Below are positions 27,746 to 42,062 of a stretch of 64,000 nt of DNA, one piece after another. The stretch lies in NCBI RefSeq assembly GCF_009914755.1, contig NC_060926.1. One strand, written 5' to 3'. A program made the position numbers and the translations under genes. Numbering within the stretch: the stretch's first letter is position 1; every line of letters starts with the position of its first letter. The notes under the pieces were generated by a model. It was not told the origin of the DNA, searched no databases, and saw only the letters and a program-made list of their open reading frames with translations. Source of the DNA: the human T2T-CHM13v2.0 reference genome, Homo sapiens.

Positions 27746-28499
27746 ACTTCCCCTCTTTATACAGAAAGTTTATTATCCACTTTAAAAATTGCAGGTTAAG
27801 AATTCAATAAATGGATATGCAAAACTAGTGGAGAGCTGCACCTCATAATTGTGCCTATAAGTTATTTTGTCCATAGAAATGAAGAATAGTTAGCACTATG
27901 GCAGCCATTTGTTCATAATTAGTGGAAGCAGTCATCATTACTTTCTTATTGACTAGCTTTGTTGCATCAGGCTTCTAACACATTAAGTTGCTGTATTTCA
28001 AAGGGGCACAGTGTAACTAGTTGTGTCTTGTAGAATCTTAAGCGTTTATATTTGGAAACCATCTCATTGGAAATAAAATCTACCTACAGATTCAGTCCTA
28101 TTGTGTTCTGTTATTATTATTGTTTACATTTGTTGTATTCCTACTGAAACATTTTATTGGGATAATATCAGTAACTTTACATGAAATTTTCATTTCATGA
28201 TTTGCTGATTGCATTAACAAGAGGTCTAAGTTCTTGCAGCCCATGACTGCTCATTTCTTTGTTGATTTACTTACATTATGCTTAAATCTGTAGATTATCC
28301 CCTAATTTCAGTAAACTAATTTTTATTAGAAATTTAACTGTCTTCTTTAATTAGGATATGTCATAGACCAGTCTACGTTTCCTTGTCATGTCACAATTAA
28401 AAATTGTACTCGACTTTCTAAAACAAGTCTTGAAAATGCTTACATATGATTCAAATACATTGCTAAATTTGAGCTGTGTCTATACAAATATCAGTATAA

Positions 28500-28750
28500 C
28501 TTACTGTTTAAGGGGACAGGTTTTTAAGTCAGACTTTTTTACTTTAATTCTAGTTCAACTATTGAACCACTACCCATCATTAGGCAAGTCAAATACTTCT
28601 CCAAGCCACAGTTTCCTCATTTTTAAAAGTGGAGAAAATAATTGTAACTAGCCAACCTATTTGTTTTGAGGATTAGATGAGATAGTCTATGCAAAGTTTT
28701 AGTATATTTCCTAGCTATGAGTAAGCATTCTATAAGTGTTCCTTATCTTT
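28500..28750 (+). mobile_element. MIR SINE
   Basis: taggcaagtcaaatacttctccaagccacagtttcctcatttttaaaagtggag...tgaggattagatgagata. Confidence 0.85.
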
Positions 28751-29099
28751 ATTATTGATTTATTCTTTGATCTAGCAAAAACCAAATGTGTTCCATTTCT
28801 TAAAAATCAGTACAAGGTCCACATTTTCTTATGTCTTCTCTAAATATTTAGCCTATATTGATTTTCGTCTTTCCTGAATTGCATTTAGATTTTCTACCCC
28901 ATTAATATATCATGCAGTGTTATGTATTTTTAAAGGCATAAGCTGTGTCACTCATAATGGAATATAAGTTCCTTGAGGCCGGGTTCCAAAATGCTAAATA
29001 CCTAGTAGCTAATTAACTCAAAATCCCTGTTTTACTTATTAAACTGTAGAATGAGTATGAAAGCTCTTGTTTTAATGGCAAAGCATATAATTTCTTTAA

Positions 29100-31220
29100 A
29101 TATAATTTTACCACAACTATAAAAAGGAAAAATATTCAAGGGCAGATATAATGAGAAAAGAGATGCCAGCAAAACAATTTTGAAATTTGCAAATCAGGTA
29201 CCTAAATAGTAGCAGACTGAGAAGTCAGAGGAAATGGAAAATTATGCCAGCAGTGGAGGAAGCTCGTAAGCAAGACTATATGCATCATGGAATCCCAAAG
29301 AGGCTCAGGCATTTGGAGTATGAAATATACATGGAAAAAAAGGCAGTAGTCTGAGAGTCTCCAAAGAAAACTGTTGGAAGTTGAAGGAGAAGTTAGATCC
29401 CAAGATCCCATGGAGAAGACTAGAGATTTATTTCCTGGAAAGTTTGAATAAAAAGGGACGTAGGGACCCTGGGCATACTTCAAGGGGATTTTCATAATAA
29501 AAACAGTATTGTCATCAAATATTTCTTTTTGCCACTTAGTTCTAAAAATATTACAGAAACTAACCAGTTCAAAGGAAAACTCATAATGTTCCAGCCACCT
29601 TCACTCTACGGAAAAATCCTAAGTTAACAATGCAGAGAGTTTATCCTATTTTCTAGAGCCTATTCATATGAAGATATTTCCTAACATGAACAACACAAAA
29701 TAAAACAAATAAAATACACTGAAGAAATATACTGTTCAGAAAACAGAAAACAACCTAAATAAAATAAACACGTTGCAATAAATACATTTAAAGAGGATAT
29801 GTACATATATAAGTAAACAAATTTCTATAAAAACATTTAGATTTTAAAATTCCTCTTTGAAATTAAAGATAAGATATCATAAAATAAAACAGAAAAGAAA
29901 AACCTTGAACAATTAAAATGAGAAAAGCTTCCCCTAATTAGAATACAAACATACAAGTTGAAAAATAATAAAGCAATCATAGGAAGCCTAGAGGATCGGC
30001 CCAGGAGGTAAACTGAATAGAAAGAGAATAAAGAACAAAGTAATAGCTAAAGAAGCAGGCGGGATATTCAGCAAAGAAATAATTTTAAAATGTTCAAAAT
30101 TGAAAAGACCTGAGTTCCTTGATAGATACACCCTGCCAAGTATTCACCACAGTGGAGAAAATCCAAATCACATACATGCATCATCATCAAATACCAGAAT
30201 GCTAGGCACAAAGAGAAGAATCCAAAAGCTTACAGAGAGAAAAATAACATGCAAAAGTTCAGATATTAGAACAACGTTGAATTTCTTAGCAATAATACTG
30301 GATGCTAGGAAACAATGGAATAATGTTTTTAGATTTTCCAACTAGAAATTTATTCCCATCACGATTATTCAAATATAAAGTTAGAAAAAAAAAGACTTTT
30401 ATATTATTTTCAAAGAAGATTACTATGCATTTCAAGAATTCCTGGAGAATGCGCTATACCAGAAGAAGTCAAAGCAGGAGAAGAAAGAAAACAGAATGAC
30501 TATCATGACACCAGAAAGTGAAAAAGTAATCCACATGAGAAGAGTGTTAGGAGATTTCAGGAATATACTTGTACTTCAAGTTGAGAGAACAACTAGTTCA
30601 GATTAGATCAGGAAGTAGGCATGAGAAAAATATCTCTACAAAAACAATGAAAGTGGTAGACTACCTGATATGTTTGAATATATTGAGAGGAGATTTATAC
30701 TTTCTACAGGAGGAGCATAGAGAGTCAAGCAATTTTTTTAAAAGGTAATTATTAACTCCAGAGAAGACAAAATTGTATATAAGAAGTGATATATAATCAA
30801 AATATTCTACATCATTAAATTGTTGATAAAAATTACATGTCAAAACATCACAAATACTGAGATTAATGTCATAACCAAAGTATAATATAGTTATAATAGA
30901 CTTCAAGAATAAGACAATATAAGGCATTTGTGTCTAATGTGTTAGAGGACATGGTAACTCAATTCTAATTTTGTTTTTAGGGAAGACAATGATAATACTT
31001 GAAAGACATTCAGTAACTATCTACATGATCATTTTATTTAAAATTATTAAGATATATATCCAGGACATTCCACTAAAACGTAAGTGGTTGGCTTGATAGA
31101 ATGAAAATACAGGAAGGGGAGGTGTAATACAGGAACTGCTGTTTTTAATTTTTAAAGCGTAACAGGATTATTGACTTTAAAAACTTTATACAAATACACC
31201 CTTAAAAATAAATAATAAAG
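29100..31220 (+). mobile_element. HAL1 (half-L1) element, near complete and degenerate
   Basis: ORF1-like remnant DIRTTLNFLAIILDARKQWNNVF (in ORF 30100-30345) with no ORF2 after it; HAL1-type 3' end ggaactgctgtttttaa...attgactttaaaaacttt...aaaataaataataaa. Confidence 0.75.
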
Positions 31221-33148
31221 ATGCACACATATAAAGTAATATAAACTCTAATAAACATAATAAAATTATGGTAATAAGTGAAGGAAATTATGAATTCTGT
31301 CAGGAAGAAGTGAAAACATTTCTAGAAAAAAATTGCATATGAGTGGGGTTTGACTAGCACACCTAACAGCATACAATTCTGCATTTGAGCCGTCTCCATA
31401 CAGTTGGTCAATTGTTATTGCCATGTGACCCCAATGAAATCCATATATCCCAAAGGATGATAATTAAGTTAATCTGTACATGTACATTGAGGTAGTTGGA
31501 TGAATGCTGCAGGGGTTTGCTCCAAATACAAATCATAATTATGTCTTCTGATAGTACTGTTAGAATTTTCTGCCTGTGAAAGCTTCCTTTCTACCAACTG
31601 TATTTCTTTCCTCATGCCTCAGGAAAGTTACTTTTCTCCCACTAATATTCCACACTAGAGAGGAGCAGTAGGCTTTAACTGCAGCACATATGTTTGAAGA
31701 CGAAACATTGAATTCTAAGTGTTTTATGTAGACCTGCAGCATGCTGTTTGCTAGAAATTGAGAGTCTGGTAAGTGAGTCTTTCAACATTTCAGAGTTAAC
31801 TTCCTTTTGCCTAAAACAAAATGGCTTTTCACTTCTCACTACGACACATTGTTCATTGCAAACTAAAATTTTTGTCTACCTATTTCAGACCGCCTCCAGC
31901 AGAGGAACTAACAAAGCTATTGAACTTTCAAAGTAATATGGAATTCTGACAGTGATTTTGGCAGCCTCTTTCATGAGCTTTATTTTCTAGGGTGTGTTTG
32001 TAGTTCTGTCTGGAAAAGAAAGGAAAACAGGATTGTAAGCAACTATCTGTGGGAAAGAATGTAAGAACACATAAGGAAGGCATATAGTGATGGGCAAACT
32101 TTAAGGTGTATAGATTTGATGTAAAGAGGAAAGAAGATTTGCTAATAAGTTTTCCACTCTTCAGAGCTATGATTTCTAAATCTAAAATCAGTTGCTAGTA
32201 CTATCACTGAGCCTGATAACAGAATTGAAGGATTTGAAAAAACAATGTATAAAATGAATAGTTTATAAGTAAATATGAAGTTGAATAATCAGAATTATTT
32301 GGTTCTTTATTAAAGCTGCAGAGCTAGAAGGACATGAATGATCATCATTACACTCAGTTTCTTCATGTTTTCTCTACAGTCATTAGCATAGTTATATATG
32401 TGACAGATAGATATATTCTAATAAAGAAAATATATTTACCTTTTTAATAACAATTTTTGCTTTGTCAGCATGAAAATGAAGGTAGACGGAATACTATGTA
32501 AGACAATATTTTGTAGTTAGGAATAGAGAAACTGAAAATTCAGGACAAGCACAGAAACAGGAACTATATCCTTAAGTCAAAGAATCTTGTTAAACCAAAG
32601 CGCTCAGGGAAACTAGAATTCAGTTTTTGTTCGTTTGTTTTATTTTTATTTTTGTATTGCTGAAACTTAGTAGAAAAAAGATAGCAGGATCACCCTGATG
32701 GCTCAGAAATAGCTTTGATGGCCTAATCCTTACTCTTTTTCTGGTCCTCAAGGATATTTACTGAGCGATAAAAATAAAATTAACAGAGGACCCAAGAAGC
32801 CACAGCTAGTTTTATCCTCCACCAAAAAGAACTGGAGCCTCTTGGAACTTCTTGTTTGACCATAGATAAGTTTGCTTTATTGGTCTAGGAACATGGAACA
32901 AATGAAAATGTACCGGATTTCAGAAAACTGGTAAGGCAACATGCGTGCTGTAGGTTCTGATTCTTGGGTATCAAGTCCCTCAAGAATGATTCCTAAATTT
33001 GCATGTGGTGTTGGCAGCTTGGCCTTAAACATAACTATATTTGCAAATATCCTAGTGTTGACTTCATTGCTTCTACACAGAAAGTTAGAAAGGGGGTGGA
33101 TAAGAATTTATTGAATCATTATTAAAAAATAATTAAGAATGTCCTCAG

Positions 33149-33237
33149 CGGAGCTTGCAGTGAGCCAGGATCGCACTACTGCACTCCAGGATGGGTGATA
33201 GAGCGAGACTCCATCTCAAAAAAAAAAAAAAAAAAAA
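33149..33237 (+). mobile_element. Severely 5'-truncated AluY/Sc-type 3' end with A20 tail
   Basis: cggagcttgcagtgagcc...agagcgagactccatctc(A)20; TSD aatgtcctcag at 33138-33148 and 33236-33246. Confidence 0.95.
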
Positions 33238-34387
33238 TGTCCTCAGGACACTGGGGAGTCCTGGGATGAAAGAAATAATCGAAAATTAAACTACTAATAT
33301 TGGAAGTAAATTTTGAGAAATTTATTCAGCTCTTTTTTTTTAATTTGGGAAATGATACTAGAGACATTGTAGTGATATTAACTTTCTTATGATGAATCTC
33401 TTTTCTTATTTTAAACAAATAAAAATGTTATACAAAAAATATAAAGAAAAAACTAAACAATGATCTTTCAATGTTGGAGCAAAAGTCCTTGCAAGAGAAA
33501 TCTTCAGATACGTTAAACAAAAAAGAAAAAGTTGGAGTGGCCCACAGGAGAAGCGATGTGTACCTTGAAGGCTGATGTTCTAACAGGAGTCAAGGCTTTA
33601 GGTCTCATTCTCAGACGGGACCTGGGACAATAACCCTTGTGGAAAACTAAGAGTGTGAAAAGCCTCACACACTAGCTTGATGATTTGGCATAAAAGCATC
33701 AGGTTGCCCTGATACATGAGTGGAATACACTCTTATCTTTGGAAATCATAATCCATACACAATTCTGCGAATGGATGCTGGGTGAAATATGTGCAATACC
33801 AAAGTAATGAAGCAGGCTAAGCTGAAAATCAATCAAAGAGCTGATCTGGATCTATTGAGTTCTATGGGACTCTGGCCAAGGAACCCAAAAACCTGTCCTA
33901 TACAGAAACCTCTAAAACCTAGGGAATATGTAGAACACAGAAAAGATAAAAAAATAGATCTAATTCCAAAACTGGTATAAATACTGTTCCTATATTGATT
34001 CATTCAATTCAAGAAAGGTATTTCAAGATATCCAGGATTAAGAGTTTGAAATTCACTGAATATTGCTGAAAGAACTGCTAAAAGATTTAGTTAGCAAGAA
34101 GGAAAATAAAGCCAGAAGTTAAGACTGATACAAAGGTAGTAATGGTGAGCAAGGAAAATTATAAAACTTATAGAAGAAGATAAATAATTAGGTATTAAAT
34201 ACTGAATAAAATAACAAATATGAGGGATTATAATATGTTAATAATAAAATGTTGATACTGTAATAAAAACGTTGAATAGGTAAGGGAGAATTTAGGGAAG
34301 ACTCCAAGATTCTTTAAGTATTAGCAAAAGGTGCAAAGACAATGACTGCATTTAGGCTTTGCTTGGCAAAATATAAAGTTATTTGTT

Positions 34388-34700
34388 TTAATCAGAATCA
34401 ATTATATTAAGTGCTGCTACGGACAAAACTGGCAATAGCAGTGGCTTAATAATAAGAATTTATTTCTAACTTACACAAAGTCTAATGGGAGTCAAGCAGC
34501 TTTCTTCCATCTTAAATCTATCTTCTGTGGCAAATGTGTCCTGCAAGGATACTGCGGCAGTGAAAAAGAGGTACACTGCCTTTTAATCGTTTCATCTTGA
34601 AAACAAACTAATCACTTCTTCTAATTGTCCACCACCTCAAATGCCTCCACTGTAATGACAAGGGAAGCTGGGAATGTGTGCAAAGGATAATTTGTGAGTC
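34388..34700 (-). mobile_element. Old MLT1 (K/L-like) MaLR LTR
   Basis: tgctgctacggacaaaac...cagtggcttaataataagaatttatttc...atcacttcttctaattgtcc...caagggaagctgggaatgtgtg. Confidence 0.65.
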
Positions 34701-35491
34701 AAAAGTACATGTAAATATTTACCAAAGAATAGAAATAGAATATGCAGCATTTAAACAAAGAAAGGATAAATGTAAATAAAGAAAATATAGTAAAATCAAT
34801 ATGGCAAAGAAAGGAAATGTAACAAAACTAAGGGAAATTGTTAAATACAAGCGACGAAATAAGGCTATATAACTCCAAACATATCAGATATCCAAATAAA
34901 GTAAAATATATTAAATTCTCATCAATAGAGAATCACATTCAAAATATCAATCTGCTTTTTACTAGGGACATATCTAAAATATAATATTACAGAGATTGAA
35001 AATGCTCAAAATGAGGGTATAAACATTAAATAAAATTTAAGTTAATATAACATTAGAATGTAATATTATAATAGAAATATCAATACTATTAGAATATAAT
35101 ATGAAAACAAGCTAAAATGGACATATCTTAAGACAATGCACAATAAATTTATAATAATTATGACCTAAATAATAACATCAAGATTTATGAAATAAAATTT
35201 GAGATAACTGTAAACAAAAATGACAAATCTAAATAATAGAGTGAGATTTTAAAATACATTTCTTAGAAATATATAGATGAGAAAGAAAATATTGAGTAAG
35301 TGTAGAAAATAACACAAAGAAGTAGGTGTCACCAACAACACAGACAGGTTATTTGAGAACAAAACTACCAGAAGAGGCTGATAAAGGAAAAAAGCAATCA
35401 CACTGTACGTTTATGTAATTAAAAAAGGGAAAGTATCTCATTCGGATTTTAAATAGCATAAGATACTATTATTCTCAGTAATTTTAAGAAC

Positions 35492-35495
<4 letters not shown>

Positions 35496-35542
<47 letters not shown>
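35496..35542. repeat. Perfect (AT)23 microsatellite
   Basis: Uninterrupted AT run. Confidence 0.97.
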
Positions 35543-35546
<4 letters not shown>

Positions 35547-35667
35547 ATACAAAAAAGTACGTGCATTTGCCACAAAGGATAATATAATTATTAAAGAAAA
35601 TAAAACAGAAATCAAAAACATCCTTCATAAAAGCTCCAGAAGGTTAGCAGTTGACTTCCACCCCTGC

Positions 35668-36820
35668 AGCTTTATCGAGGTATGTTTGGCAAATAGAAAT
35701 TGTATATATTCAAGGTATATGACGTTGTTTTGATATATGTATACACTGTGAAATAATTACCATAATAAAACTAGCACATTCCTCACCTCACCTAATTACT
35801 TTTTGTGTTTGGTAAAAACACTTGATATTTGATAGCTACTGTTTTAGGAAATTTCAGGTATACAAAATGTCATGATTAACTGTAATCACATCCTTACATT
35901 AAGTATCCTGAACTTATTCATCTCTCTGCTTCCCCTACCCCAGCCCCTGGTAACCAGTCTTCTACTCTCTGTTACTATGAGTTTGACTTTCTTTTAGATT
36001 CCAGATATAAGTGAAATTGTAGTATTTGTTTTCCTGTGCCTGGCTTATTTAACTTAACATAATGTCCTCCAGGTTCATTTATGTTGTTGCAGTTGACAGG
36101 ATTTTCTTCTTTTCAAAAGTTGAATAGTATTCCATTGTCTATAATATCTTGTTTTCATTTTCCATTCATCTGTTGATGAACACTTAGATTTATTCCACAT
36201 GTTGGCTAGTGTAAATAATTTTGCAATGAACATAGAAGGGGAGATATCTCTTACACTAGACATATTGTTTCATTTTCTTTAAACATGTACCTCAAAGTGG
36301 GATTGCTGGATCATGTGGTAATTCTATCTTTAGGGTTTTTTTGTTGTTGTTGTTTTTGTTTGTTTTCTTTTGGAACTGCCATATTGTTTTTCATAATGGC
36401 TAAACCAATTTACATTCCCATCATCAGTGTACAAATGTTCCCTTTGTTCCACATCCTTACTAAAATGTGTTGTCTTTTAGCTTTTTTATAATGGCTATTC
36501 TGACAGGTGTGAAGTGGTATCTCATTATGGTTTTGATTTGTGTTTTCCTGATAATTAGCGATGCTGGGCTTCTTTTAATATATGTGTTGGTCATTTGTAT
36601 GTGTTCTTTGGGAAAACGTCGATTAAGGTCCTTGCCCATTTTTTAATTGTTTTCAGTTGTTTTTGTTAGTTTGTTTTTGCTTTGTTTTGCTGTTGCATTC
36701 TGTGAGTTCTTTATATATTTTGGATATAAAATCCTAATCAATTATATGGTTTGCAAATACTTTCTCGCATTTAGTAGGCTAGCTTTTCATTTTGTTGTGT
36801 GTTTTCTTTGCTCTGCAGAA
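35668..36820 (-). mobile_element. L1MA (L1MA8/9-like) 3' end
   Basis: agctttatcgaggtat...cccagcccctggtaacc...ttagattccagatataagtga...ggattgctggatcatgtggtaattc. Confidence 0.9.
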
Positions 36821-37557
36821 ATATGAAAAAGAAAAAAAGGGCATCCAAATCATCAAGGAGTAAGTAAGTCTTTGTTTACAGATGACATTATATTCAGAAA
36901 ACCCTAAAGACTCCACCCAAAATATTGTTAAAACTAATAAACAATTAAAGCTGCAGATACAAAATCAACTTTAAAAAGTCAGTTTAGTTTCTATACACTA
37001 ACAAAACACTATGTCAAAGAGAAATTAAGAAAATGATCCCATTTACAATAGCACCAAAAGAATAAAATACTTACAAAGAAACTTAATTGACTTGGTAAAA
37101 CATCTGTACACTGAAAACTACAAAATATTGATGAAAGAATTGAAAAAGACACCAGTAAATGGAAAGATATTCTCTGTTTGTGGATTAGAAGACTCAATAT
37201 TGTTAAAAGTTTCATACTACCTAAGGTCATGAACAGATTTCATTTAATCTCTATCAAAATTCTAATGACATTTTTCACAGAAATGGAAAAAAAATAGAAA
37301 AATTTGTGTGGACCCATGAAGAAAGTTGCTAAGACAATCTTGAGAAAGAATAAAGCTAAAGAAATCACAGATTTGGAATCACAGATTTGAAATCCTGATT
37401 TCAAACTATATTACAAAACTATAGTATTCAAAACCGTATGGTACTGGCATAAAACAGTCACATCAACCAAATGAACAAACAGAGAACCTAGAAATTCACC
37501 CATGCATATATGACTAGCTAATTTTTGACAAAGACACCAAGAACACACAATGGGGAA
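36821..37557 (+). mobile_element. Inverted ORF2 (reverse transcriptase) segment of the same L1MA
   Basis: RT motif remnant LFTDDI at 36872 (cf. LFADDM); gaaaaccctaaagactccacc; atggtactggcataaaa. Confidence 0.88.
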
Positions 37558-37559
37558 AT

Positions 37560-40500
37560 TACTGAACCTGAAATATTTTTCAGTCACCCATGAGGGGAAA
37601 AAGACAGAAACTTCAAAGAAGCAATAATAAGACAAAAATCTTACTACTTAGCAGAAATTGTAGAAGCCAGAAGTCAATGGAAAGAGCTAAAAAAACTGTA
37701 AACATACAATTTTACAACCAGCCAAACCATCTTTAAAAATGAATGCAAATAGACATATTTCTAATATAAACGAAAATTGCAGAATTCAAAGGCAACAATT
37801 CTGTACTAAAATTTGAAAAGAAAACTTGAGGACTTCCAGGCAAAAAAAATCGCAAAATCATCATTATGCTAAACACACACACTCACAGAAAGGGCAAATA
37901 TGAGGGTAAACTAAAGTTGTATGAGTTTTTAAGCTTCTGTAATGCCAACAACTTGGGAGGCCAGATGGTAGGATTGCTTAAGGCCAGGAGTTTAAAAGCA
38001 GCCTGAGCAACATAGAGAGATCCTGTCTGTTAAAAAAAAAGTTTTATGGGTTTTTAAACGTGAAATATTGTAATATATGTGACACGACTATTTAATTCAT
38101 CTGAAGTGATAAAGATAACATGTGGTGAGGTCTGGCATTGTCCAGGAAAACGCAACTTTACTATTTTAAGGAATCTTTTGAGAAAATAAGGATGCATAAT
38201 CTCTCTATTAAAGGAGAAAAAAAAAGATATTGACTAACAAGTTCCCCAAGAAGAAACAAATGAGAAAAAAAAAAAATTAATCAAAATAAAGGCAAAAAGG
38301 AGAAAGTAAAAAAGATAGCAAGTAGAATAATTAGGAAATAAATAGCAAGTTGCTGGTCTTAAATCCAAGTATCTTGGCAATTTCATTAAGATGAAAATTT
38401 AATACTCAACGTTAAAGACAAAATTTAATGGGCTTGAAAGAGAAACAGAAGAGAAATTTTGTGCTGCAAATAAGAGCCAAATATTTAACATAAGATTGCA
38501 GAAAGACTAAAAAAAAAAAAAGAATGTGAGATGATATATTGCTCAAATACTTATCAAAAAACTATTCATGTTTAAAGTAAGAAGTATTATCACAGACGAA
38601 AGTGATAGACTATGTTAATCAATATAATAGGAAGATATATCAACCCAAACTGCTTATATGCCTAACTAAATACTAATAGACCTACAGATAAAAATACACC
38701 TACAATAATTTTTGAAGATTTTAAGGTAACTTCCTCAGTACCTCAAAGAACAAACAGATATAAAAAAGTAGAGGTACCAATGATTTGAAAAATGCACATG
38801 AGAAACTTAAACTAATTGAAACATTGGGAATGCTGAAGGCAACACATGCACAATTCTCATTATTTTCAAGATCACAAGTAACATTTATCAAAATTGATTG
38901 CATAATGGGCCATAAGCCATGTTTCAACGAATTTCAAGAACTAAAACCATACAGAATGTATCTCTCCACATTGGAATTGGCAAAGAAATCACTCCAAAAA
39001 TGAAACGCAGCAAATATAAGCTGTTTGGACATTATGAAATAACATAAAAATACTGTGAGTCAAGGAAGAAATAACATAAAAATTAGAATATATTTAAGCT
39101 GAATAATTATGACAGTGCAATAAATCAAAATTAGCGCAAGTTAAATGCAGTACTTAAAAAGCAATTTGGAGCTATAAATGCATTCAGTAGTAAAGATAAA
39201 GGGCTGAAAATCAATAAGGTATCCTACTCAAATTAAAAAAAAATCTTTGTATAAATTAATCCCTCCAAAATAAAAGACAAAAATGATAATGATACGAGCA
39301 AATATTAAGGAATAAGAGAACAAATATAATTTTCTATAAAAATTAAGTTATACATTGTTTCTTTGATAAAACGAACAAAATTAGTAAATGCATTAACACA
39401 AAAAACAAGAAAAAAGAAAGTAAGCACAAATTCCTGACTCAGATATCAAAAAATACATTATTAAAGATTCCTTAGATGTTTAAAAGATAAGAGATAGTAT
39501 GAACTTTTTTTTCAAAAACAGACAATTTCAATACAGTCCTTGATAATCACAGCTTATCAAACCATATACAAGAGAAAAAGAACAGATAAATTAATTGTAT
39601 ATCTATCTTTAAAATGCTGATCTTACACAATCCCATCTAGAAAATATATCTAAAAAGAATGTTATTCTTCCCAACACATTTATGAGGCCAGCAAAGCATT
39701 GATTTAGACAGCTTTCAAGGACATTACAACAAAACAAAATTATAGGTAAATGTCTTTTTGAATATAGATACAAAACACTTAAACCATATAAAGGATAACA
39801 CATCACAGCCAAGAGAATTTTATTGCACAAATGCAAGTACGATTTGACATTCAAAAATTAATCAGTGTAATTCACCACATTAGTAGAATCAAGCTGAAAA
39901 AATTCAGAAGCAGAAAAATCTTTTGATCGAGTTTAATACCACTTTATTATTAAAACTTCTCAGGACACAATTTTAAAAAACTTTAGCAAACATTAGAAAG
40001 TAAGTAAAAATATACATACTAATAGCACCAACAAATATTAATAACATAAAACCATGTAATTAGCGGAAAAATAACACCATGGATATAAAGTAGTAAGAAC
40101 TTTGGTACAAGATTGGTCAAAATGTAAATTGGTACAATTTCTTTAGAATTTGGCACAACTCACTAAAAGTAATTATATGGATAACCTTTGTTCTAGAAAT
40201 GGAATTTCTAGCAATATATTATAAGAGAAATATAAACTTAGGTGAATACAAAGAAAAATGTTATTAATAATTTTATTCATAGTAGCCGCATATTGAAAAT
40301 AAGGTCAATGTTTAGCAACAAAAAATTGATAGTACAGTATTATTTTTAAAATAAAATATTATAAAGCAATAAAAATGATGAATTCTGCTACACATAACAA
40401 CACAAACAAATCTCACTGATGTGATGGAGACTGAAAGGAGCTAGACTTTTAAGAGTACACATAATACACAAATATATTTCTGCTGTGTTCAAAAGCAGGC

Positions 40501-40660
40501 AAAACTATCTGTCTTTAGTGAGAGGACTTACTGAGTTAAAAGATAGGTTGGTCATAGCTTCATATCAATGAAACCCACGAGGTTATGTATATATTCATAA
40601 AATATTCATCAATACATACAGTAAGATTTGTGAACTGTATGTGAACTAAACCTCAATAAT
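37560..40660 (+). mobile_element. Old L1M (ORF1 end, ORF2 fragments, 3' end)
   Basis: agaagccagaagtcaatggaa (ORF1); ORF 38785-39003 remnant QFSLFSRSQVTFIKIDCIMGHK (cf. endonuclease YTFFSAPHHTYSKIDHILGSK); cccaacacatttatgaggccagc. Confidence 0.8.
37933..38037 (+). mobile_element. FLAM monomer inserted in L1
   Basis: ggattgcttaaggccaggagtttaaaagcagcctgagcaacatagagaga; 20-bp TSD aaagttgtatgagtttttaa / aaagttttatgggtttttaa. Confidence 0.88.
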
Positions 40661-40803
40661 AGTTCAAAGAAAGGGTTAGCTTACAATATTTGCAGAGAAA
40701 ATGTTCAAAGTCCAATTAAAATCTATGAAAGATGAGTAAGGTACTATTCAAAATGTGATCAAAATTATACATTAGTTAGAAATACATTTAACAAAAGTTT
40801 ACA

Positions 40804-41100
<297 letters not shown>

Positions 41101-41204
41101 AGAAGTGTACAAAATTTTATAGAGAAAATTAATAGAGAATGTAGTAAACGTTGTTTGACTACCCAAGGGCTTTCCAAATTCATTTCCAATTTATGTTTAT
41201 GTGT

Positions 41205-41765
41205 ATACTATTTTATACCCATTAGATTGGCAAAAATCAAATTGAATAAAAATGCTCAATTTTAATGAACATTTGGAAGGCCTCACATCGCATAAACATT
41301 TTATGGACGTTTAAATATAGTTAGCCACATTAGAGAGCAAATCAGGAATTTTGAGTACTTTAAAAATATCCATATGTTATGATTCCAAAATTAAAATTTT
41401 AAATGTATAGCCTAAAGAAGTTCTTGCAAATATGCCTATGAGAAATGTAAAACGTTTGCTTATGGTAGCATCATTTAAAATTATGCTATTTGAGAGCATG
41501 TATGAAATTTATCCATGGATAACTGGATAAATAAAATGTAGAGCATTATAAAATAAATATTTCAGGTAAAATCAATAAACCAGACATACATGTATTATCA
41601 TGGGTAACCTGCAAATAATGTTTAATGATAAAAATGCATGTTAAAGAATGGCACTTCCACTATATTATTATTCATATTATACTATATATTGTTTGACAAT
41701 ACGTAGAAATAGTAGTATATTTAAAAATGATAAAACATTATCCTTCATATCACTGTAATTGCAAT
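41205..41765 (+). mobile_element. L1ME-type 3' fragment
   Basis: tattttatacccattagattggcaaaaat...agccacattagagagcaa...ctggataaataaaatgtagagcatt. Confidence 0.7.
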
Positions 41766-41827
41766 TGCCTAATTTTATTTTTTTTAATTTAAGATTAGGA
41801 AATAACAAAGTTTCAGGAGGAACCACA

Positions 41828-41958
41828 TGTATATATAAATATATATATATAAAACCACCATTATATATATATATATCACCATAGATTATGATGTCATATA
41901 TATATATATAAACCACCATTAGTGTTATATATATATGACACTATACATATGTTAGCAT

Positions 41959-42003
<45 letters not shown>

Positions 42004-42062
42004 CTCTAATGCTGGTTTATATATATGACATCATAATCTAAATATATATATATGACATCTAA
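41828..42062. repeat. Complex TA-rich repeat with internal palindrome and (AT)20 core
   Basis: Units tatataaaccaccatta and tatatgacatc; inverted arms at 41882 and ending at 42040. Confidence 0.9.

Larger units (their letters stand above)
33440..35650 (+). mobile_element. Highly diverged L1ME-type fragments (5' region to ORF2 endonuclease start), interrupted by an MLT1
   Basis: A-rich sense strand; aactccaaacatatcagatatccaaataaagtaaaatatattaaattctc resembles the ORF2 start; gtgagattttaaaatacatttc. Confidence 0.5.

Noticed and set aside
31893-31910. CTCF-like CCAGCAGAGGAAC
   Set aside because: Mismatches at the key GGC positions.
37370-37402. 14-bp tandem repeat (aatcacagatttg) within L1
   Set aside because: Ordinary slippage duplication in a dead element.
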